From positions 1,751 through 56,532 of the forward strand of contig JAYQOT010000005.1 in NCBI GenBank assembly GCA_038144955.1: a stretch of 54,782 nucleotides of DNA, given 5' to 3'. The notes under the pieces are model-generated. The model ran no database searches. It had not been told where the DNA came from and was given only the letters and a program-made list of their open reading frames with translations. Below, in pieces: positions 1-9,408 of the stretch. The translations under genes were made by a program, and so were the position numbers. The stretch is from Burkholderiales bacterium. Lineage in GTDB: Bacteria > Pseudomonadota > Gammaproteobacteria > Burkholderiales > SG8-41. How positions within the stretch are numbered: position 1 is the first letter of the stretch; each line of letters starts with the position of its first letter.

Positions 1-366
1 CCGCCGCGCAGCATTGCCACTGCGGCGAGTTTCATGGCGGGCGTGGTCGGCACGATGTTCGGCACCATGGCCAGCATCTTTTTCGCGATCTACATGGATG
101 CGCTGAGGGTGACCAAGGAGCAGTTCCGCGGCACGCTGGCGGCGCTGATGTTCGCAATGGCGGTGATGCGCGGTGTCGGCTATTACGCCGTGGGTGAATT
201 CGGCCGTGACTCGCTGCTGCTCTTTGCGCTTGCGCTGCCGTTCATGCTGGCCGGCATCTTCCTCGGTGACCGCATCCATACCGGGATGTCCGAGCAGACC
301 TTCCGTCGCGTTGTCTGTGCGATCCTGATACTCAGCGGCATTCCGTTGCTGCTTAAGAGCGCCTGA
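1..366 (+). CDS. TauE/SafE family sulfite exporter-like membrane protein (5' truncated by window edge)
   Basis: Hydrophobic multi-TM ORF open from base 1; 'K..FRGTL' and C-terminal 'G.FLG.RI....SE..FRRVV' patterns typical of TauE/TSUP. Confidence 0.75.
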   Translation, partial: PPRSIATAASFMAGVVGTMFGTMASIFFAIYMDALRVTKEQFRGTLAALMFAMAVMRGVGYYAVGEFGRDSLLLFALALPFMLAGIFLGDRIHTGMSEQTFRRVVCAILILSGIPLLLKSA

Positions 367-425
367 CAGAATGAAACGCCTAATGCGCTGACACTATTCG
401 GTGCTCTAAATAGCGTTCCCGGTTT

Positions 426-1823
426 TTAGCGGACGTCGTCGCCGTCGCCGGCCTTGCGCTGGCGCTTTTCCTCGTACATCCGTTCGTCGGCGGCACGGGC
501 CAGCGAGGTGAGATTGTTGCCATCAACGGGAGCCACCGCGGTGCCAATGGACGCACCAACCCGGGCGTCGCGGTTGCCGACATTGACCGGCGTCTCCACC
601 GCGCTGCGGATTTTTTCGATGATGACTTTGGCCATGTCCGGATCGACATGTTCCATGAAGACGATGAATTCGTCGCCGCCCCAGCGGCTGACGGTATCAG
701 TGTCGCGGACCGCTTTCGCGATGCGTTGCGCCACCTGCTGCAGCACGATATCGCCGGCCTTGTGGCCCAGATGATCGTTGACCTGCTTGAAACCATCGAG
801 ATCGACAAACAGCAGCAGGTAGTTGCGTTGCTGGTCGCGGCGCAATATCGACATGGCGTGATCGACGCGGTCCTGTACCAGCACGCGGTTGGGCAGGCCG
901 GTCAGTGCATCGTAGAGGGCCATGCGGGCGAGGTTTGAGCGCTGGTTCAGCACTGTGTAGGCAAACCAGCCCAGCATGAGGCCGAAGAACCAGACCAGCA
1001 TGTAGATGACTTTCAGCAGGGCCTGCTGGTTTTGTGTGTCGTTGCGCAGTCCGAGCACCCATTTGCCGCCCGGCACTTCGATGTCGATCAGCTGTGTGCC
1101 GGGCTTCGAGAACACGGCGCCATCACCCCAGAACACATCGCCCAGCATGCCCTCGCCGTTGGTGCCGCGGAGTGCGTAAACAAGTTCGTTGGTTGTGTTT
1201 TCCGCCAGGGCGCTGCGCAAGAGCGCGTCGGAATCGATAACCGAGGACACCAGACCCCAGTATTTGCCCTTGATGAATACCGGCACCCTGTAGATCAGGC
1301 CGTTGCCGCCCTGCACCAGTTTCAGCGGACCGATCAGCAGGGGTTTTTCGCTGGCGATAGCGCGCTGCACATCCCGCCATTGTTCCGGAACATTCGGGTA
1401 ATAGAGGCCGATGGCTTTCTCGTTGCCCCGGAGCGGATGGATGTAGGTCAGGGTATGACCGATGGCAATGCCGAAATTGCGGACATGCTGGGCATCGTTG
1501 TAGAGCCATGCCAGTATGCCTTCGACCTCATCGCGCTGCAGCTGGCTGTGGCGCACCGTGAGGTAGCTCTTCAGTCCGCTGGTCAGGTAGAGTACGCCAT
1601 TGAGTTCGCGCATCAGCCGCGCCCGCATGGTCGAGCCGGTTTGCAGCAGCTCGTAATGCTGTCGCGAGGAAAGTTCCCGCGCCTGCAAGTTGACGATCAG
1701 GGTGCCCCCGGCGATGACACCGCCCGCGATCAGGGCCGCGGTCAGCCAGTGCCGGACTTCAAGCCAGAAATCGGACTGTTTTCCCTTTGCGGGCTTGGGC
1801 GGACTTTTCTGATCAACCATCAT
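426..1823 (-). CDS. CHASE-domain sensor diguanylate cyclase
   Basis: Two TM segments flank a periplasmic CHASE-like domain (GPLKLVQGG..LIYRVPVF..YWG); C-terminal DALTGLPNR, DLDGFKQVND and RWGGDEF with RxxD I-site (RDTD). Confidence 0.9.
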   Translation of the reverse strand: MMVDQKSPPKPAKGKQSDFWLEVRHWLTAALIAGGVIAGGTLIVNLQARELSSRQHYELLQTGSTMRARLMRELNGVLYLTSGLKSYLTVRHSQLQRDEVEGILAWLYNDAQHVRNFGIAIGHTLTYIHPLRGNEKAIGLYYPNVPEQWRDVQRAIASEKPLLIGPLKLVQGGNGLIYRVPVFIKGKYWGLVSSVIDSDALLRSALAENTTNELVYALRGTNGEGMLGDVFWGDGAVFSKPGTQLIDIEVPGGKWVLGLRNDTQNQQALLKVIYMLVWFFGLMLGWFAYTVLNQRSNLARMALYDALTGLPNRVLVQDRVDHAMSILRRDQQRNYLLLFVDLDGFKQVNDHLGHKAGDIVLQQVAQRIAKAVRDTDTVSRWGGDEFIVFMEHVDPDMAKVIIEKIRSAVETPVNVGNRDARVGASIGTAVAPVDGNNLTSLARAADERMYEEKRQRKAGDGDDVR

Positions 1824-1884
1824 GACATCGGGAATACATCGGCAGAAGCCTGATTATTCCCGATCACCGGAGACCTGTCCCTTG

Positions 1885-2454
1885 TCAGTGCCCGGCCGGC
1901 GTCACCGCGGGTTTGGGTGACTTGGGTGCATGCGCGGACTGGGTGATCTTTTCGGTATAGGCGATCGCAAGTGCCGACACCACGAAAGTCAGGTGGATCA
2001 TGGTCTGCCACAGCAGTGTTTTTTCGTCGTACTGTGCTGCGTTGATGAAGGACTTGAGCAGGTGGATCGAGGAGATGCCGATGATCGCAGTGGCCAGCTT
2101 GACCTTGAGCACCCCGGCATTGACGTGGGACAGCCATTCCGGCTGGTCGGGGTGGTTCTGCAGTTCCAGCCGCGAGACGAAGGTTTCCCAGCCGCCGACG
2201 ATCACCATCACCAGCAGGTTGGAAATCATCACCACGTCGATCAGGCCGAGCACGATCAGCATGATTTCGGTCTCGGTGATGTCTTTCACCGAGATCATGC
2301 CGATCAGGTGGATGAGTTCGGTCCAGAACTGCCAGACGTAGACGCCTTGGGCGACGATCAGGCCGATGTAGAGCGGCGCCTGCAGCCAGCGGCTCATGAA
2401 AATCCAGCGCGGCAGGGGGCCGAGCGCGCTGGCGGAGGGTCTGGGGTTTTGCAT
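1885..2454 (-). CDS. TIGR00645/UPF0114 (YqhA-like) membrane protein
   Basis: [33 protein letters not shown] and [17 protein letters not shown] motifs. Confidence 0.9.
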   Translation of the reverse strand: MQNPRPSASALGPLPRWIFMSRWLQAPLYIGLIVAQGVYVWQFWTELIHLIGMISVKDITETEIMLIVLGLIDVVMISNLLVMVIVGGWETFVSRLELQNHPDQPEWLSHVNAGVLKVKLATAIIGISSIHLLKSFINAAQYDEKTLLWQTMIHLTFVVSALAIAYTEKITQSAHAPKSPKPAVTPAGH

Positions 2455-2589
2455 GGCGGGGTTCCGGAAAAAGTCGCTATTCTCTACGCTTCATGGGGCA
2501 ATGCAAGCAGCCCGAAGCATTGATAAAAAATATAATTAAAACAATAACTTATACCATCTCCGCAAATGACCGGCTGGGCGATGCAGCTC

Positions 2590-3585
2590 TCAGTCACGGG
2601 TGGCGATGACGATCTTGCCGATGACTTCGCGGTCTTTCACCACGCGCAGCGCCTCTTGATACTGCGCCAGCGGATACGCCTTCATCACATGCGGCCTGAT
2701 TTTCCCGGCGACATACCAGTCGAACAGTTCGCGCTGCACGCGCTGCACTTTTTCCGGCTGGCGGTCGCGGTAGGCGCTGTATTGCAGGCCGAGCAGTGAA
2801 ATGTTCTTAACCAGCAGGTGTCCGGCTTTCACTTCCGGGATGCGGCCTTCGGCAAAGCCGACGACGACCAGACGGCCCGACCACGCGATCACGCGCAGGC
2901 TGGCGTCGAACACGTCGCCTCCGACAGGATCGACGATGACGTCGATGCCGCGTTTTCCGACTGCAGCGTAGACCTGGTCGCGGAAGGCGTCGCGAAGGTT
3001 GGGAACATCGGTGCGCACCACATGGTCGGCGCCGTGCTGGCGCGCGACTTCGGCCTTGGCCGCACTGCCGACGCTGGCGACCACGGTGGCGCCCAGCGCT
3101 TTTGCGACTTCGATGGTGGCGATGCCGACGCCGCCGGCAGCGCCGTTGATCAGCACGGTTTCTCCGGGCTGCCAGCGCGCGCGCTCGATCAGCGCGAAAT
3201 GCGCGGTGGGGTAGGCGATGCCCATCGCCGCGGCATCGGCGTAGCTCATGGAGTCGGGCATCGGATAGCAGTTGTGCTGCGGTACCACGCATTTCTGCGC
3301 GTAGGCGCCGTACTCGTGCTGCGCGGCGACGCGGTCGCCAGGCTTCACGGAGGTGACGCCTGCACCGACTGCGGCTACCACGCCCGCCATGTCCTTGCCC
3401 GGGCTGAATGGCCGCGGCGGCAGGATCTGGTAGGTGCCGCCGATCACCAGCAGGTCAGGAAAATTGACGCTGGCGGCATGCACATCCACCAGCACTTCAC
3501 CGGGTCCCGGCGCGGCGGGATCAGGGACTTCTTCAAGCCGCAGGTTTTCCAGCGGCCCGTGTTCACGGACGATCAGTGCTTGCAA
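2590..3585 (-). CDS. NADPH:quinone oxidoreductase family (zeta-crystallin/MDR) protein
   Basis: VNFPDLL..G.YQ and GAAGGVG motifs; start moved to TTG at 3585 downstream of a GAGGAG RBS (ORF-track extension overlaps the upstream gene). Confidence 0.9.
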   Translation of the reverse strand: MQALIVREHGPLENLRLEEVPDPAAPGPGEVLVDVHAASVNFPDLLVIGGTYQILPPRPFSPGKDMAGVVAAVGAGVTSVKPGDRVAAQHEYGAYAQKCVVPQHNCYPMPDSMSYADAAAMGIAYPTAHFALIERARWQPGETVLINGAAGGVGIATIEVAKALGATVVASVGSAAKAEVARQHGADHVVRTDVPNLRDAFRDQVYAAVGKRGIDVIVDPVGGDVFDASLRVIAWSGRLVVVGFAEGRIPEVKAGHLLVKNISLLGLQYSAYRDRQPEKVQRVQRELFDWYVAGKIRPHVMKAYPLAQYQEALRVVKDREVIGKIVIATRD

Positions 3586-3595
3586 CGATGACTCC

Positions 3596-4858
3596 TCAGG
3601 TTTCCGGGCCGGCGTACTTGCCCGCGGTATCCGGGAACAGGTTCTTGACGATCTTGAACTTGGTGACGTCGACGGTGCCGTCCATGTGCAGGTACATCGT
3701 GGCGTCGCGGTAGAGTTTCTCGATGCCGAATTCAAGCATGGTGCCGTTGCCGCCGTGGAGTTCGACGGCGTGCTTGCACACCTCGAGCACGGCTTCGGAG
3801 GCGTAGAGCTTGACCATATTGCACAGCACTTCGGCTTCAGGGTTGTTCTCGTCGACGGCGCGCGAGGCTTCGCGCAGCAGGCCGCGCACCGCGCAGATCT
3901 TGGTCGCCATCTCGGCCAGCCGGATCGCGGTGGCCTGGTGCTTGATCAGGATCTTGCCGCCCTGCACGTATTCCTGGACGTATTTCGCGGTTTCCTCGAA
4001 CGCGCGCACCGCGACGCCGATGTTCTTCGAGCCCTGGATGATCTTGCCCGGACGGAAATAGATGCCTGCTTTCGACAGTGCGGTGTTTTCCACCAGCAGG
4101 TGGTCCTCCGGTATCTCCATGTCCTCGAACGAAATCTCGCCGTTGTTCATGTAGCGGCCGCCCAGCGTCTCGTTGCAGCGCTGCACGGTCAGGCCCTTGG
4201 TGTTGCGCGGCACCAGGAAACTCGAGGTGCCCTGGAGCATGCCGACCTTGGTATTGGTGTTGGCATAGATCACGTAGAGGCTGGCGTCGTAGGCATTGGT
4301 GATGAACTGCTTGCGGCCGTTGATCACCCAGCGGTCGCCTTTTTTCACTGCCTTGGTCTGCATCGCCGCTTCCGGCACGTTGTAGGGCAGCCAGCGGTCG
4401 GATGCGCCGCGCGGTTCGGTCAGGCAGTGCGACAGCGTGAACTGCGGGTCGGCGACCACGCGCGGGAACCACTTCTCCTGCAGGTGGCGGGGCGCGACGT
4501 TGCGCAGCAGTACCGACACTTTCCAGATCTGCACCATTTTTTCGGCGAGGCCGCAGTCGCCGCGCGAAATCTCCTCGGAAATCACCGCGAAGGTCTGGGT
4601 TTCGGTTTTCGGATCGAGCGGCGTGCCGCCGAATTCCTCTGGTATGCCGAGGGTGCGGATGCCGATCTTGTCGGCGACCTGGAGGATTTCCGGCGGCAGG
4701 CGTTCCTCGGGCACCATGTTCCATTCGCGCTTCCAGTTCTTGCGCGTGAACGGAATCACGTGCTCGTTGGCGAATTTGCGCGTGACGTCGCGCATCATCC
4801 GCGTTTCTTCGGAAAGCCCGCGTTCGACCATGTCGTCGAGAATAGTCATGCTATGCAT
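3596..4858 (-). CDS. Acyl-CoA dehydrogenase family flavoprotein (atypical, HMDGT active-site motif)
   Basis: IPEEFGG, CLTEPRGASD, WVINGRKQFITN, ELHGGNG and EKLYRDA motifs. Confidence 0.9.
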   Translation of the reverse strand: MHSMTILDDMVERGLSEETRMMRDVTRKFANEHVIPFTRKNWKREWNMVPEERLPPEILQVADKIGIRTLGIPEEFGGTPLDPKTETQTFAVISEEISRGDCGLAEKMVQIWKVSVLLRNVAPRHLQEKWFPRVVADPQFTLSHCLTEPRGASDRWLPYNVPEAAMQTKAVKKGDRWVINGRKQFITNAYDASLYVIYANTNTKVGMLQGTSSFLVPRNTKGLTVQRCNETLGGRYMNNGEISFEDMEIPEDHLLVENTALSKAGIYFRPGKIIQGSKNIGVAVRAFEETAKYVQEYVQGGKILIKHQATAIRLAEMATKICAVRGLLREASRAVDENNPEAEVLCNMVKLYASEAVLEVCKHAVELHGGNGTMLEFGIEKLYRDATMYLHMDGTVDVTKFKIVKNLFPDTAGKYAGPET

Positions 4859-4904
4859 CCTTCAAGTTGGTGGTGATGCAGGACAAGTTCGTTGGTAGGT
4901 ACAC

Positions 4905-4938
4905 AAAAAACGGGCCGCGTGGTGAACACGCGACCCGT
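4905..4938 (-). terminator. Rho-independent terminator after the Bug/TctC gene
   Basis: Minus strand reads ACGGGTCGCGTG-TTCAC-CACGCGGCCCGT followed by a T-tract. Confidence 0.75.
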
Positions 4939-4953
4939 AATGGCAAAGTGCAA

Positions 4954-5934
4954 TCAGTTGGTGGCTTTGAGTCCCACGGCCTTGACCAGCGCGGCGTTCT
5001 CTTCCATCGATTCCACCACTTCCTTGCGGAAGTCGGCACCGTTGCGAATGATGATTTCGGTGCCCTGGAAGGCCATGGCTTTTTTGACCTCCGGCAGTTC
5101 CATGGTCTTGGCGACTGCGGCGCGTATCTTGTTTTCCACCGCGGCCGGGGTGTTTTTCGGTGCGAAGAAGCCCATCCAGCCGGTGTAGTTGAAGCCGGGG
5201 ATGGTGTCGGCGATCGGCTTGACGTCTGCCGGCAGCAGCGTGGTCGGCCGGTTCAGGCTGTGGCCGATGGCGCGCATGCGCTTGGCCGCGACATGGGTCA
5301 TCGCCGCGGCAGACGGGATCAGCGACCACTGCGATTCGCCGGAGACCACCGAAGCCGAGGAGGCGCCGCCGCCCTTGTAGGGAACGTGCAGGGCGTCGAT
5401 CTTCGCCTTCTGCAGGAAATAGGCACCCGACAGGTGGCTTTGCGAACCGACACCGGCGGAGGCCATGTTGAAGGGCTTCTTGCCGCTCTTGGCGTAGGTG
5501 ATGAATTCGGGAACGGTCTTCGCCGGCAGCGAATTGGCCACCACCAGCACGTTCAGGGTCTCGGCGAACTGCACCACCGCGTCATAGTCGTTGACCGGGT
5601 GGTAAGTCGGCTTCTTCACCAGCAGGCGGGCGATGGTCGATGCCGCTGTGGTAGCAGCAATCATCGTATAGCCGTCAGGGTTGGCGTCCTTGGCGATTTC
5701 CATGCCGATGATGCCGCCGGCGCCGGCGCGGTTGTCGATCACCAGCTGCTGGCCGATGACCCCGCCGAGGCTGTTGGTGACGATGCGGGTCAGGGTATCG
5801 ACTGAACTGCCGGCGCCGTTGGGCACCAGCACGCGGATAGGCCGGCTGGGATATGCGTCGGCGGCGATTGCGCTGGTTCCGACGCTCAGGGTGGCAGCGG
5901 CGACCACTGCCGCAAAAAGACGGGTGTGCTTCAT
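4954..5934 (-). CDS. Bug/TctC tripartite tricarboxylate transporter substrate-binding protein
   Basis: Signal peptide from MKHTRLFAAV; YPSRPIR.LVP, DNRAGAGG, PDGYT, HVPYKGG motifs; GGAGGAG RBS before ATG 5934. Confidence 0.92.
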   Translation of the reverse strand: MKHTRLFAAVVAAATLSVGTSAIAADAYPSRPIRVLVPNGAGSSVDTLTRIVTNSLGGVIGQQLVIDNRAGAGGIIGMEIAKDANPDGYTMIAATTAASTIARLLVKKPTYHPVNDYDAVVQFAETLNVLVVANSLPAKTVPEFITYAKSGKKPFNMASAGVGSQSHLSGAYFLQKAKIDALHVPYKGGGASSASVVSGESQWSLIPSAAAMTHVAAKRMRAIGHSLNRPTTLLPADVKPIADTIPGFNYTGWMGFFAPKNTPAAVENKIRAAVAKTMELPEVKKAMAFQGTEIIIRNGADFRKEVVESMEENAALVKAVGLKATN

Positions 5935-6130
5935 GATGCTCCTCCTGGATTTCTGCTGTTTGGGTTCTGTTGTAATACCGGGGAAGTCAGTGGGGAATTC
6001 TGTCGGGTTTGCCGCGACAAGGCAACCATCCTTGACCAATTTGGTCGGCGGCCGTGGGTGACGTACACTGCGCGCCGCCGGATTGACGGAACCTTCGCGC
6101 CTTCCGGCAGTCTTTCCAGACCTGAGTTCA

Positions 6131-7009
6131 ATGAAAAAAGCCCTCAAATTCCTGCTGGTGTGTGCGCTGGTCCTGGTGGCCGGCTGCGCCACCGCGCCCG
6201 TCAACCATACCGACGCCGACGCGCCCTCGGTCATGCCGCTGGCCAAGGTCAAGGCGCAGCGTCCGGTCATCGGTCTGGTCCTCGGGGCCGGGGGCTCACG
6301 CGGTTTCGCCCACATCGGAGTGCTGAAGGCCCTCGAAGCAGCCGGCATCAACCCTGACCTGGTTGTCGGCGTCAGCTCGGGTGCCGTGGTGGCCGCGCTG
6401 CATGCCGGAGGCTTCGATGCGCAGTCGCTGGAAAACGAGGCGCTGGCGGTCGAGGACAACGACCTGCTCGATTTCACGCTGTTCGGCCCCGGCTACATCG
6501 AGGGCGAACGCCTGCAGGACTACATCAACCGCATGCTCAAGGATCGGCCGATCGAGGCGCTGCGCAAGCCCTTTGCAGTGGTGGCCGCGGAGCGCGAAAC
6601 CAGCCGCATGGCGGTGTTCAGCCGCGGCAACACCGGTCTCGCAGTACGCGCCTCAGCCAGCGTGCCGCGCCTGTTCTGGCCGGTGCTGATACGTGGTACC
6701 GAGTACGTGGACGGCGGCGTTGCCAGCCGCGTGCCGGTATCGGTGGCGCGCGACATGGGTGCCGACGTGGTGATCGCGGTGGATGTTTCCTGGCGCGGCT
6801 CTTCCGATGCCCAACAGGCCGACGTGGTGATTCGTCCGCAGGTCGTGCGTTCCCGCATTGTTGATTTTTCCCGCAAGCTGGAAAACCTCGCTGCAGGGGA
6901 AGCGGCCGCGGAGGCGGCAATTCCACACTTGAAAGAACAGATCGCTCGTGCCGCCGAGGCCAAGGCGCGCCTCGCGCACACTGGCGGTTCGCGCGTCGTC
7001 ATCCGCTGA
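6131..7009 (+). CDS. Patatin-like phospholipase lipoprotein
   Basis: Lipobox LVAGC; GAGGSRG oxyanion loop, GVSSG nucleophile, DGG motif. Confidence 0.9.
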   Translation: MKKALKFLLVCALVLVAGCATAPVNHTDADAPSVMPLAKVKAQRPVIGLVLGAGGSRGFAHIGVLKALEAAGINPDLVVGVSSGAVVAALHAGGFDAQSLENEALAVEDNDLLDFTLFGPGYIEGERLQDYINRMLKDRPIEALRKPFAVVAAERETSRMAVFSRGNTGLAVRASASVPRLFWPVLIRGTEYVDGGVASRVPVSVARDMGADVVIAVDVSWRGSSDAQQADVVIRPQVVRSRIVDFSRKLENLAAGEAAAEAAIPHLKEQIARAAEAKARLAHTGGSRVVIR

Positions 7010-7060
7010 ATTTGCGGATTCCCGCTTTGTTATGATCCCCGCTCTTGCGGAGGAAGTTTC

Positions 7061-8281
7061 ATGACAGCTGATCAGCGGGCATTTGCCGGAATAAAAGTTC
7101 TCGATCTCACGCGCGTACTGGCGGGGCCGTTCTGTGCCTACCAGATGGCGCTGCTCGGAGCGGAGGTCATCAAGATCGAGCCGCCGGGCAAAGGCGAGAC
7201 CGTGCGCTGGCGCACCGAGGCCGATCCATCCTTCGGTGAGCAGGGCCTGTCGCTGGGTTTCATGACCCAGTCGTCGAACAAGCGTTTCCTCTCGCTGGAC
7301 CTCAACAAGCCCGAAGGCGTGGAGATTTTTCTCAAGCTCGCTGCCGAATGCGACGTCGTGGTGCAGAATCTGCGTTCGGGCTCCGCGGACAAACGCGGCA
7401 TCGGCTACGCAGCGGTGAAGAAGGTCAATCCCGAAGTGGTGTTCATGTCGATCACCGCCTACGGCGACAGTGGCCCCAAGAAAAGCCATCCCGCCTACGA
7501 CAGCGTGATCCAGGCCTGGTCGGGCTTCATGAGCGTCACCGGCACCACCGAAACCGGTCCGCTGAAGGCGGGGCCGCCTATCATCGACTACTCGACCGGG
7601 CTGGCTGCCGCCTACGCGGTCACCGCTGCGCTCTACCAGAAGCAGCGCACCGGAAAGGGGCAATACATCGATCTCGCGATGCTCGACACCAACATGATCC
7701 TGATGGCCTCGGTGATGACGGCCTACATGAACACCGGTGTTGCGCCGAAACAGGCCGGTAACGACGCTGCCAGCCGTTCGCCGGCCTCGACAACGTTCAA
7801 CACTGCCGACGGCCTGATTGCCTTCGCGATCAACGAGGAACACCAGTTCCAGGGCATGCTGAAAGTGCTGGACCTGAAGGCACTCAACGACGATGCGCGT
7901 TTTGCCACCGGCAAGGCGCGGCGCGACAACATACCGGCGCTGCGCAAGCTGATGCAGGAAAAACTGATGGCGAAATCCGCCGCCGAGTGGGAGCCGCTGT
8001 TCAACGCCGAAGGCACGCCGGCGGGAAGGGTGCGCACGGTGCCCGAGTGCATGAATGAAGCGCAGACGCAGTCGCGGGCATTGATGCACAGCTTTCCACC
8101 GGAAGTCACCGGCTTCAAGAAGGACCTCAAGGTGCCGCTGTCGCCGTTCACCTTCGCGCACAACGGCCCGCGCGCCGACACCCCGCCGAAGAAGGTCGGC
8201 GCCGACAACGATGCGATCCTTGGTGAACTGGGTTACGACGCCGCGGTGATTGCCACGCTGAGGGCGAAAAAAGTCATCTGA
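7061..8281 (+). CDS. CaiB/BaiF family (class III) CoA-transferase
   Basis: GIKVLDLTRVLAGPFC, GAEVIKIEPP, SITAYG, YD.VIQA.SG, conserved Asp in IIDYSTG. Confidence 0.93.
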   Translation: MTADQRAFAGIKVLDLTRVLAGPFCAYQMALLGAEVIKIEPPGKGETVRWRTEADPSFGEQGLSLGFMTQSSNKRFLSLDLNKPEGVEIFLKLAAECDVVVQNLRSGSADKRGIGYAAVKKVNPEVVFMSITAYGDSGPKKSHPAYDSVIQAWSGFMSVTGTTETGPLKAGPPIIDYSTGLAAAYAVTAALYQKQRTGKGQYIDLAMLDTNMILMASVMTAYMNTGVAPKQAGNDAASRSPASTTFNTADGLIAFAINEEHQFQGMLKVLDLKALNDDARFATGKARRDNIPALRKLMQEKLMAKSAAEWEPLFNAEGTPAGRVRTVPECMNEAQTQSRALMHSFPPEVTGFKKDLKVPLSPFTFAHNGPRADTPPKKVGADNDAILGELGYDAAVIATLRAKKVI

Positions 8282-8296
8282 GGCTTTTGGCCGGAT

Positions 8297-9226
8297 TCAG
8301 GACAGTGCCACCGCCGGCAGGGTGCGCGTGCGCGGCACATTGTTGAGCCGCCAGCCGGCGATGGCGCGCGGCCAGAACGCCGCCGTGTCCTGCGGTGCGA
8401 GGCCGTCGATGGCATCCTGGCCGAGGAAGACCAGCGCCATGTTCAGCGCGGCCACCGGCGCCGAGGTATCCACCGCCTGCGCCAAAGTCTGCTTGGAGAG
8501 TTTTTCGCCCATCACGTTGACCGCCACCGGCAGGTGCGCATAGCGAGGTGTCGCCACGCCGAGCAGCTGCTGCAGCCAGATCTGCCGCGGCGTTGAATCG
8601 AGCAGGTCGGCGCCGCGCACGATGTCGGTGATGCCCTGCGCGGCATCGTCCACCACCACCGCCAGCTGGTAGGCGTAGAGGCCGTCAGCACGTTTCACCA
8701 CGAAATCTCCGATCAGGCGTTCAACGTTCTGCGAGATGCGTCCCTGCACGGCGTCGCTGAATTCGACGATCGCGTCACGGGTCAGCACGCGCTCGGCACG
8801 CGCCGCGCGTCCTGCCTGCAGGCCGTTGCGGCAGGTGCCGGGATAGACCGGGCCGTCGATGCCGGTTACCGCCGAGTCGGCGATCTCGCGGCGGCTGCAG
8901 GCGCAGGGATAGAGCAGGTTTTTTCTGCGCAACTGTTCGAGCGCGGCGTCGTAGGCGTCGTTGCGCGTGCTCTGATACAGCACTGTGCCGTCCCAGTGCA
9001 TGCCCAGGGCTTCGAGTGTGCGCAGGATGTCATCAGCGGCGCCGGGCATATTGCGCGGTGGATCGAGGTCTTCGATGCGCACCAGCCATTCGCCCGCACT
9101 GGCGCGGGCATCCAGGTAACTGCCCGCAGCAGCGACCAGCGAACCGAAATGCAACGGTCCGGTCGGGGAGGGCGCGAAACGGCCGCGGTAAGCTGCGGCT
9201 GCAGCGCTCGGTGACGACGCTGACAT
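8297..9226 (-). CDS. gluQ: tRNA glutamyl-Q(34) synthetase GluQRS
   Basis: GRFAPSPTGPLHFGSL, CACSR...YPGTCR zinc site, KLSKQ; lacks anticodon-binding domain. Confidence 0.95.
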   Translation of the reverse strand: MSASSPSAAAAAYRGRFAPSPTGPLHFGSLVAAAGSYLDARASAGEWLVRIEDLDPPRNMPGAADDILRTLEALGMHWDGTVLYQSTRNDAYDAALEQLRRKNLLYPCACSRREIADSAVTGIDGPVYPGTCRNGLQAGRAARAERVLTRDAIVEFSDAVQGRISQNVERLIGDFVVKRADGLYAYQLAVVVDDAAQGITDIVRGADLLDSTPRQIWLQQLLGVATPRYAHLPVAVNVMGEKLSKQTLAQAVDTSAPVAALNMALVFLGQDAIDGLAPQDTAAFWPRAIAGWRLNNVPRTRTLPAVALS

Positions 9227-9239
9227 ACTAGAATACTAA

Positions 9240-9381
9240 CAGGGTGTTGAGAAATAGAATCAGGGACTTCGTATTTGGCCATGCATGGTTTTTCAGTGCT
9301 CATTAAATCAGTCACTTGTACGCGTGTGCGCTTGGTCGTTTCACTCCCAACGCGCTCGCGCATCACTTTTTCAACGGCCTG
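9240..9381. mobile_element. 142-bp MITE (non-autonomous IS, IS5-like ends) with CTAA target-site duplication
   Basis: Left end CAGGGTGTTGAGAAA (9240-9254) vs reverse complement of right end CAGGCCGTTGAAAAA (9367-9381), 12/15 match; CTAA directly flanks both ends (9236-9239, 9382-9385). Confidence 0.8.
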
Positions 9382-9408
9382 CTAACTCCAACCGAGGACT
9401 TCTGCGCC

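Noticed and set aside
3434-4876. Long antisense ORFs (e.g. 3434-4876, 6653-8161, 9382-10683, 22658-24457, 35949-37133, 37575-38771)
   Set aside because: Shadow frames of well-supported genes caused by high-GC codon bias; no recognisable motifs
5935-6477. N-terminal extensions given by the ORF track for tctC (to 6477), QOR (to 3735), msmA (to 16873), ilvE and the SnoaL gene
   Set aside because: They overlap other genes or promoters; downstream starts have an RBS and match family N-termini
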